From the sequence record MZ868638.1: a stretch of DNA of 64,000 nt, one strand, 5' to 3'. Of the stretch, positions 57,342 to 64,000 are shown in pieces. The stretch is from Escherichia phage vB_EcoM-pEK20. Position numbers and translations under genes: made by a program. Below the pieces are notes generated by a model. It worked only from the letters and a program-made list of their open reading frames with translations. It was not told the origin of the DNA and ran no database searches. The number at the start of each line of letters is the position of its first letter. Position 1 is the first letter of the stretch.

Positions 57342-57836
57342 ATGAATATCAATACTACGTCTACTTACATCCTGAAAGACGAAAAACAAATCAACTGGTA
57401 CGGTGCTTCAGTGCGAGCTTATGAAAAGTTTTGTGAAATTTTAGGTGCCACTCAAGGTAATAGTTTCACTATTGTTAACTTCATTAAACAAGTTGAAGGC
57501 CCTTGGTTATTCTTAGAAATTAAAAATTCATACGGTACAATTTCTACTACTGCCATCCCAAGCACCGACTTTGAACTGTTGATTGAAGAAGCACCTGTTA
57601 AAGATGGTCTCCACTTTGATATGGATATCGTTTGTATGTACGGTACTCTGATTAAGCCTATTGAGCCTACTGATTTATTGTGTAAATATGTTTCAATTCG
57701 ACGCCCATTCGATGGTCCAGTAAATGGATGGGTAACTGACCAGTGGATTGAAGATGGGGTTGAACTTCTGAACGTTGTTCATGCCGGTGATTTTAGTGTG
57801 GTTCCACGTAGTGCAGTAGTTAATATTCTAAATTAA
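57342..57836 (+). CDS. Paralog family member A (C-terminal DQWIEDGVELLNVVHAGDFSVV motif)
   Basis: One of three tandem paralogs. Confidence 0.4.
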   Translation: MNINTTSTYILKDEKQINWYGASVRAYEKFCEILGATQGNSFTIVNFIKQVEGPWLFLEIKNSYGTISTTAIPSTDFELLIEEAPVKDGLHFDMDIVCMYGTLIKPIEPTDLLCKYVSIRRPFDGPVNGWVTDQWIEDGVELLNVVHAGDFSVVPRSAVVNILN

Positions 57837-57897
57837 TGTTGTACATCCAAGGATGGATGGAGTATAATGAATTCAATTTAACAAAGAGAGAAAAATT

Positions 57898-58353
57898 ATG
57901 ATTACTATTGGTGAAATTAAGCGTGTATCAACTGCATCCCGGTCTAAAGCCGCAGGTCGTCTGGTTGAAGTGGTAGGACTTCGCACAAATGGCATGGGAC
58001 GCATTAAAGAAGTTAAAGTTCGAATCATTCCTAGTTTTGGACGCCAGGATACTCAGCACGCTTACGTAAGTCCTAAATTCTTGGAAACTCCTGTGAGCGC
58101 TCATTTTGCTTCTACTGAACCTAATGCACAGTTCAAATGGGCCTTGTGTAAAGGTGTTGAATTCCAGACTGATAAAGAATTTGACTTCATCGATGAATAC
58201 GGTTATCCAAGCAAAACTGATACTATGTGTGGCTTCATTAGTGACCAATGGGTTGAAGATGGTGAAAAGTTATACAATATCGTATTCTTAGGTGACTTCC
58301 GAGTTGTTAAAGAATCTGAAATCACTCGTTATGTGTCTCCTCGTAAAGCTTAA
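57898..58353 (+). CDS. Paralog family member B (ISDQWVEDGEKLYNIVFLGDFRVV)
   Basis: Tandem paralog. Confidence 0.4.
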   Translation: MITIGEIKRVSTASRSKAAGRLVEVVGLRTNGMGRIKEVKVRIIPSFGRQDTQHAYVSPKFLETPVSAHFASTEPNAQFKWALCKGVEFQTDKEFDFIDEYGYPSKTDTMCGFISDQWVEDGEKLYNIVFLGDFRVVKESEITRYVSPRKA

Positions 58354-58362
58354 GGAATTATT

Positions 58363-58782
58363 ATGAATATTGTAAATCTCTCTACAGGTGATTACGTATA
58401 TGTATCTGTTGCTTCTCGCTCTAAAGTTGCCGGGAAGTTGGTTGAAGTTCTTTCTGTGAGTGATCCGGTTTTTGGTCGTAACCAAGTTAAAGTTCGTGAC
58501 GCCGATGGTAACATTGGTTACGTTAAAAGCCAATTTATTGAACCAGAAGAAAAAGCGTTCAAATGGAAACTGGGCAGATCAGTTTTAGTTGTAAAAGACT
58601 ACGAGTTCACCATTGCCGCTGCGACAGATGGAACACCGTGGACAACGAATCAAGTTGCTGGTTTTATTTCGGACCAATGGGTAGAAGATGGTGTTAAGCT
58701 TTATAACATTGTTTTCGCTGGGCAGTTCATGGTAGTTCCTGAGTTCCAAATCAAAAAATATTGTCCAGCATCTTTTGCATAA
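58363..58782 (+). CDS. Paralog family member C (ISDQWVEDGVKLYNIVFAGQFMVV)
   Basis: Tandem paralog. Confidence 0.4.
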   Translation: MNIVNLSTGDYVYVSVASRSKVAGKLVEVLSVSDPVFGRNQVKVRDADGNIGYVKSQFIEPEEKAFKWKLGRSVLVVKDYEFTIAAATDGTPWTTNQVAGFISDQWVEDGVKLYNIVFAGQFMVVPEFQIKKYCPASFA

Positions 58783-58841
58783 AGTTGTTTACTTCTCCTC
58801 CGGTTTTGATATTATAACCATATCAACCAGAGGAGAATAAT

Positions 58842-59366
58842 ATGTTAGTTTACCGCGTAGAACGTAGTTTTTGTACTCAACGTGAATCATTACCAGGAAT
58901 TGCTATCGAAGATGGTAAAGCCGTCAGAATTTGGGAAACCTCTTGGAATAAAGAACCTCGTTCGCCGTATGGTTGGTCGGGCACCGACAACTCTGAAGAA
59001 ACATGGGAGTTCCTTGATAAGCATGGAATACTCTCAGGTAACTTCTACCATCACGGCGACAACTATAATGTCCCTAATCGTCCTACAGTAAATGAAGACA
59101 AACTCCTTGAACAAAATATCTTAAGATACTATAGAATTGAGCACACATTTGAATTGAGTGAAGATTGGGCTCAAGGGTTCTATTTTGGATTTGAAAGTGT
59201 TGACGCGGTTTATGCATGGTTTGATGACCAGGTGGATGTTGAACTCTTGAAAGCTAAAGGATACTACATCGCGGTCTATGAAGCACCTGATTTCATCCTC
59301 GGAAGTTGTCAATTAATGTTTAGACGTTCATTGGCAGAACAAGTTGATTTTATTTTGCTAAAATGA
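58842..59366 (+). CDS. Hypothetical protein
   Basis: ORF; promoter GTTTAC 58787-58792 upstream. Confidence 0.35.
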   Translation: MLVYRVERSFCTQRESLPGIAIEDGKAVRIWETSWNKEPRSPYGWSGTDNSEETWEFLDKHGILSGNFYHHGDNYNVPNRPTVNEDKLLEQNILRYYRIEHTFELSEDWAQGFYFGFESVDAVYAWFDDQVDVELLKAKGYYIAVYEAPDFILGSCQLMFRRSLAEQVDFILLK

Positions 59367-59423
59367 TGTACAACAACTATGGTCTATGATACTATAGACC
59401 TATCAAAACAAGAGGAGAATATT

Positions 59424-59651
59424 ATGAAACGTCAAATCATTAAAAACGTAACTACTGATTCAAACATCGATGAGTTTGAAGATGTTCTGTTTAATCCTGA
59501 TTTAGTTGTTGTACAGAAAAACTGGACCGAATTTTTATGCTACACTGAAGTGGTTTACGTTTACGAAAAACTCGGCGATGAAATGCCTATCTATGGTATC
59601 TTCCGTGAAATCACTGAAAACGGTACAACTTATTGGAAGGAAACTTACTAA
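59424..59651 (+). CDS. Hypothetical protein
   Basis: Internal ATG; 5' part of ORF 59379-59651 is a promoter/stem-loop cassette. Confidence 0.35.
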   Translation: MKRQIIKNVTTDSNIDEFEDVLFNPDLVVVQKNWTEFLCYTEVVYVYEKLGDEMPIYGIFREITENGTTYWKETY

Positions 59652-60061
59652 TGGCTAATAAATTCCGCGTTAACTCATGGTACCAATTTATAGATAAACG
59701 TGCCCAAGAAGAGTTTATTAAAGACCACACTGATAATGGGATTTATGCACGACGTCTTGGCATGGAACCATTTAAAGTATTAGATGTTGACCATCTTGGT
59801 CGTCCTACTAAAATTGTGACATCTACTGGCACGGTTGGATACGCAACAGGCGGTGATATCCTTGATGAAAACTTTATCTGGCTCTCCACGAATGAAGCAG
59901 AGTTCTTTGACGAAGTTGAAAATCCATATCAAGCGTCCGAAGAGCAAGATTCTGGTGAACTTGAAGAATTGTCTGAATTTCCTGTGATGACGATTACTAT
60001 CGAAAATAATGACCAGGCATGGTCTTTGTATCAAATGTTGAAAGCACATTTTAAGGAATAA
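59651..60061 (+). CDS. Hypothetical acidic protein
   Basis: ATG overlapping upstream stop (TAATG). Confidence 0.35.
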   Translation: MANKFRVNSWYQFIDKRAQEEFIKDHTDNGIYARRLGMEPFKVLDVDHLGRPTKIVTSTGTVGYATGGDILDENFIWLSTNEAEFFDEVENPYQASEEQDSGELEELSEFPVMTITIENNDQAWSLYQMLKAHFKE

Positions 60062-60063
60062 TA

Positions 60064-60243
60064 ATGCCCTTATACGACTATAAATGCCAATCTGAAGATT
60101 GTGGTCATGAATATGAAAAAATTAAAAGGATTTCTGAACGAGAAAACGATGTTTGCCCTGAATGTCATCGTCTGTCTACTCGTCGGGTTTCTGCTCCTAA
60201 ACATGTGAACGGTGGTTTTTACGACTTACTTAAGAAGGGTTAA
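60064..60243 (+). CDS. Small zinc-ribbon protein (CxxC...CxxC)
   Basis: 59-aa ORF not in track: MPLYDYKCQSEDCGHEYEK...CPECHRL. Confidence 0.35.
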   Translation: MPLYDYKCQSEDCGHEYEKIKRISERENDVCPECHRLSTRRVSAPKHVNGGFYDLLKKG

Positions 60244-60245
60244 TT

Positions 60246-60671
60246 ATGGCTTTTAAAGGTTTTGAAGTTGGTAAGAAATATCGTATTATCAAAGGACAGG
60301 AAGATAATTTCTTGAGAATTCTTAATACGACTGGTAAACGTCTTAATACTAATCTGCATACTACTTTATTGTCCAAAGATTTTATTGTGGAAGAGATGAT
60401 TGGTTACGGCGTTTCTGTGATTGCTGTAGAAGCCGTAGGCGATTATGGCCGAACTATTCATAGTATGCAAGGTGATATTCTGCTTTATGGTGCAGAATTT
60501 AAATTCTTTGAAGAAGTTCCGGAACCAGATACAGCTGTCGATTTCAAAAAAGGCTCTATAGAATTTGTTGATGGTTCGGTGATCGTATCAGGCGATGTGG
60601 TCATTACAGTTAAAAGTGAACAAGGGCGTTTGGCTGCAATTGATGCACTTCAGAAAATTAAATTTAAATAA
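60246..60671 (+). CDS. Hypothetical protein
   Basis: ORF only. Confidence 0.35.
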   Translation: MAFKGFEVGKKYRIIKGQEDNFLRILNTTGKRLNTNLHTTLLSKDFIVEEMIGYGVSVIAVEAVGDYGRTIHSMQGDILLYGAEFKFFEEVPEPDTAVDFKKGSIEFVDGSVIVSGDVVITVKSEQGRLAAIDALQKIKFK

Positions 60672-60689
60672 GGGCTTCGGCCCTTTTTG
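60671..60689 (+). terminator. Rho-independent terminator (UUCG loop)
   Basis: GGGC-TTCG-GCCC then T5. Confidence 0.55.
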
Positions 60690-60734
60690 CTTTAGATTTC
60701 GGATGATAGAATACCTTCATAACGAGGAGACAAC

Positions 60735-62552
60735 ATGATTAAAAATGAAATTAAGGTATTGTCAGATGTAGAACATATTAAGAAACGCAGTGGCATGTAT
60801 ATTGGTTCTTCGGCTAAAGAAGCACATGAGCGTTTTTTGTTTGGTAAATATCAACAAGTTGAATATGTTCCTGGTCTGGTTAAATTAATCGATGAGATTA
60901 TTGACAACTCGGTTGATGAAGCTATTCGTACATCATTTAAGTTTGCAAATAAAATTGATGTGCAAATTAAAAATAATCAAGTTTCGGTGGAAGATAACGG
61001 ACGTGGTATTCCTCAAGGTTTAGTTACCGACCAAACAGGTGAACAAATTCCTGGGCCTGTAGCAGCCTGGACTATTCCAAAGGCCGGTGGTAACTTTGGT
61101 GATGACTCTGAACGCAAGACTGGTGGTATGAACGGCGTCGGGAGTAGTTTAACTAATATCTTCTCTACGTTGTTTACAGGCATCACGTCAGATGGCGAAA
61201 ATGAAATCACTGTTAACTGTTCAAACGGAATGGAAAACAAATCATGGTCTTCTAAGAAATCTAAAGGTAAAGGCACTAAAGTAATCTTCACTCCTGATTT
61301 CTCTTCATTTGAAGAGCATAATTTATCTCAAATTTATTTAGATATTACTTTAGACCGACTTCAAACATTGGCAGTCGTTTATCCTGATATCAAGTTCACA
61401 TTTAATGGTAAAAAGGTTGATGGTAATTTTAAACGATTTGCTAAACAATTTGGTGAAGATAACATCATTCAAGAAAATGATAAAGTCTCTATAGCATTCA
61501 CAACATCACCAGATGGCTTCCGTCATTTAACTTATGTGAATAACATCCATACTAAAAATGGTGGTCATCATGTTGAATGCGTAATGGATGATATCTGCGA
61601 ACATCTTTTGCCAGGTATTAAAAAGAAATATAAGGGTATTGAAGTCACTAAAGCTCGTGTTAAAGAATGTCTCACAATGTTGATGTTTATTAGAGACATG
61701 AGCAATATGCGTTTTGATTCTCAGACTAAAGAACGTTTAACGTCAACGTATGGTGATATTCGTAATCATATCCAATTAGATGCTAAGAAAATTGCTCAGG
61801 CACTTCTTAAAAACGAAGCCTTGATTATGCCTATTGTTGAAGCAGCATTAGCTCGTAAATTGGCGGCAGAAAAGGCTGCAGAAACTAAAGCAGCTAAAAA
61901 GGCAACTAAAGCTAAGGTTCATAAGCATATTAAAGCTAACCAATGTGGTAAAGATGCAGATACGACATTGTTCTTAACAGAAGGTGATTCGGCAATTGGT
62001 TATCTCATTGATGTTCGTGACCGTGAACTACATGGTGGATTCCCATTACGTGGTAAGGTGATGAATAGCTGGGGTATGTCATATGCTGATATGATGAAGA
62101 ACAAAGAGCTCTTTGATATCTGTGCTATCACAGGTCTTATTCTTGGTGAAAAGGCAGAGAATACGAACTATCGTAATATTGCAATTATGACTGATGCCGA
62201 TCATGACGGTCTTGGAAGCATTTATCCGGCTTTGCTTGCTTTCTTTAGTAATTGGCCTGAATTGTTTGAACAAGGACGTATTCGTTTTGTTAAAACGCCT
62301 GTAATTATTGCACAAATTGGCAAAACTCAAAAATGGTTTTATACTGCAGCTGAGTATGAAGAAGTTAAAGATACACTGCCTAAGCATAGTATTCGATACA
62401 TCAAGGGATTGGGCTCCCTTGAAAAGTCAGAATATCGTGAAATGATTCAGAACCCTGTGTACGACGTAGTTAAACTTCCTGAAAATTGGAAAGAACTATT
62501 TGAAATGTTGATGGGTGACGATTCAGAACTTCGTAAAGAATGGATGTCCTAA
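60735..62552 (+). CDS. 39: Topoisomerase II large (ATPase, GyrB-like) subunit, uninterrupted 39+60 equivalent
   Basis: 605 aa continuous ORF; N-terminal GHKL ATPase and C-terminal TOPRIM (FLTEGDSA, MTDADHDG). Confidence 0.9.
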   Translation: MIKNEIKVLSDVEHIKKRSGMYIGSSAKEAHERFLFGKYQQVEYVPGLVKLIDEIIDNSVDEAIRTSFKFANKIDVQIKNNQVSVEDNGRGIPQGLVTDQTGEQIPGPVAAWTIPKAGGNFGDDSERKTGGMNGVGSSLTNIFSTLFTGITSDGENEITVNCSNGMENKSWSSKKSKGKGTKVIFTPDFSSFEEHNLSQIYLDITLDRLQTLAVVYPDIKFTFNGKKVDGNFKRFAKQFGEDNIIQENDKVSIAFTTSPDGFRHLTYVNNIHTKNGGHHVECVMDDICEHLLPGIKKKYKGIEVTKARVKECLTMLMFIRDMSNMRFDSQTKERLTSTYGDIRNHIQLDAKKIAQALLKNEALIMPIVEAALARKLAAEKAAETKAAKKATKAKVHKHIKANQCGKDADTTLFLTEGDSAIGYLIDVRDRELHGGFPLRGKVMNSWGMSYADMMKNKELFDICAITGLILGEKAENTNYRNIAIMTDADHDGLGSIYPALLAFFSNWPELFEQGRIRFVKTPVIIAQIGKTQKWFYTAAEYEEVKDTLPKHSIRYIKGLGSLEKSEYREMIQNPVYDVVKLPENWKELFEMLMGDDSELRKEWMS

Positions 62553-62594
62553 GCTCCTTCTGGAGCTTCATTTTAATTTTAATAAGGCTTAATT

Positions 62595-63695
62595 ATGAAA
62601 GTTATGTTTATCCCATCTCGTGCAGTCCCATTTAATCCTGACCGTGTACAAGGTGGTCTTGAAGCAGTACATTTAAATGTGTTGAAATATCTTGTGTCCA
62701 TCGGTGCTGATATTGATTATATCGGCTTTGATAATGACACGTTTGGTGACTGGAAAGTTACACACCATCCTGTTGGTCATCTGACTAAATTTAGTCTAGG
62801 TATGAGTTATACTATGGCTCGTAAGATTGTTGAACTAGCCGGCATCCATGAATACGATTTTGTTGTTACTATGGAACCGACTAAACTAACCGTTCAGGCA
62901 ATTAAAGACGCAGGTCTCTCTAAAGTTCATAAGAATTTTATGGCAACACCATTTGAACCGGTATCTCGTGGCATTGTTCAAATTTGGGACCAGACTATTC
63001 AAATTCATAAGAATGGTGGTAAGAGTTATGCTCCTACTAAAGCCTTCCGTGAATTTGAACGCAAATATTGTTATATGACTTCAGGTCTGACTGACAAAAT
63101 TGATTATGATTATTGGCGAGCAAATCCGTTGTTTGAAGCCGAAGATTATCCGGTTATTTGTTTGAATGAGAAACCTGAAGTTCTTCCGGCGACTGATCTG
63201 ATTATTAGTGCACAACGTTATGACACTAAAATGCGTCGTACTGATGTTGCTCTTGAAGCGATTAAAGCACTAGGCGAAAATGGTGTAGGATACTGTCCAA
63301 GCAAATGGGCACCACCAGCTAAATATCCTGTTATTATTGATGCTCCACACAGTGAAATCATGGAACGTCTTAAAACAGCTAAAGCGCTTATTAATACGTG
63401 TCCTGACACAGGTACGGTAGAGAATAGTTCTATTGAAGCCATCTCTAAAGGTGTCCCTGTAATCCAGTTAGTTTTTAAGGATTATCCTCATGCGACATTC
63501 GAATACGACCCAGATACTGTGCGTGTAGAAATTGATTCCTCTACTCCTAAGAAAGAAGTAGTTGCGCTTTACACAAAAGCTGTATTAGAATTCACTGACA
63601 CATACGAAGCTCGAGTTAAACGTGCTGAAGCAGTATGGAAGAAGTATAACCGAGATGCAGTTGTTGCGATGTGGGATAAAATCTTCACAGCGTAA
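62595..63695 (+). CDS. GT-B fold glycosyltransferase (candidate hydroxymethyl-cytosine sugar transferase)
   Basis: N-terminal Rossmann-like beta-strand/Gly loop and E-x7-E-like region SIEAISKGVPVI; sits between gene 39 and rIIA.1. Confidence 0.55.
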   Translation: MKVMFIPSRAVPFNPDRVQGGLEAVHLNVLKYLVSIGADIDYIGFDNDTFGDWKVTHHPVGHLTKFSLGMSYTMARKIVELAGIHEYDFVVTMEPTKLTVQAIKDAGLSKVHKNFMATPFEPVSRGIVQIWDQTIQIHKNGGKSYAPTKAFREFERKYCYMTSGLTDKIDYDYWRANPLFEAEDYPVICLNEKPEVLPATDLIISAQRYDTKMRRTDVALEAIKALGENGVGYCPSKWAPPAKYPVIIDAPHSEIMERLKTAKALINTCPDTGTVENSSIEAISKGVPVIQLVFKDYPHATFEYDPDTVRVEIDSSTPKKEVVALYTKAVLEFTDTYEARVKRAEAVWKKYNRDAVVAMWDKIFTA

Positions 63696-63787
63696 ATCCT
63701 GAATCGCCTGAGGCACTATTACACATAAGATGATAAATTATATGGTCTTTAGTAATAGTGCCCTAGGAATCTACTGAAGAGAATATT

Positions 63788-63988
63788 ATGAGAACATATA
63801 ACGTGGACTTGGAACTTTTTGATAAAGCAGTGCTCCGGGAATTCCGGCTTATCCAAAGATTTTTTGATATCGAATCAGCTGAAGCCTTTAAAGAACGCTT
63901 TAAGGAAATTCGATATAAAATACAAACCGATACAGCTACTAAAGAAGAACTTCTTGAAGTAGCAGAAATTTTTAAACGTAACTTGTGA
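63788..63988 (+). CDS. rIIA.1-like small protein
   Basis: Position at end of the early region; sequence not verified. Confidence 0.3.
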   Translation: MRTYNVDLELFDKAVLREFRLIQRFFDIESAEAFKERFKEIRYKIQTDTATKEELLEVAEIFKRNL

Positions 63989-64000
63989 TGAGAGAAAAAT

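Noticed and set aside
59379-59423. N-terminal 15 codons of ORF 59379-59651 (MVYDTIDLSKQEENI)
   Set aside because: This stretch is the promoter/stem-loop cassette (TATGATACTATAGACCTATC); the real start is the ATG at 59424 with a GAGGAG SD.
1-64000. tRNA or other structured RNA genes
   Set aside because: No cloverleaf-like or tRNA-like segments noticed by eye; the T4-type tRNA cluster lies outside this region. Not excluded without a tRNA scan.

Overview
This window is a T4-like (Tevenvirinae) phage early/middle gene region, read in the direction of early transcription; all but one gene is on the + strand. The DNA polymerase (33067-35778) matches the RB69 gp43 sequence as I remember it, so this is RB69 or a very close relative. 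Recognisable genes in order: CTS-tagged internal-protein-like ORFs, denV, regB-like, tk, rI, nrdC, 49, nrdD, nrdG, nrdH-like, 55, 47, a free-standing HNH endonuclease, 46, rpbA-like, 45, 44, 62, regA, 43, a sugar-nucleotide/hmC cluster, uvsX, 40, 41, dmd, imm-like, sp, 61, 56, two Mod-like ADP-ribosyltransferases, dda, dexA, fused 39, a GT-B glycosyltransferase and rIIA.1-like. The most interesting system is the island at 35819-42372, in the slot where T4 has imm-42-beta-gt. It encodes a KdsD-like arabinose-5-phosphate isomerase, a fused nucleotidyltransferase/APH-like kinase, a KdsC-like HAD phosphatase, a Cys-rich enzyme, a divergent thymidylate-synthase-fold hydroxymethylase, an unknown 299-aa protein and a Tmk-like kinase. 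Together with the glycosyltransferase at 62595-63695, and the absence of alpha-gt/beta-gt homologues at their T4 positions, this reads as a phage-encoded NDP-pentose (arabinose) donor pathway feeding sugar modification of hydroxymethyl-cytosine DNA. Other notable items are an array of capsid-targeted proteins around denV, a denV 5' remnant, a host-like GrcA glycyl-radical cofactor, a macro domain, a small HGS-motif protein next to dmd, and repeated early-promoter/stem-loop cassettes. All calls are from reading the sequence and recalled family motifs; no database search was run. Coordinates of promoters and terminators are hand-counted and may be off by a base or two.
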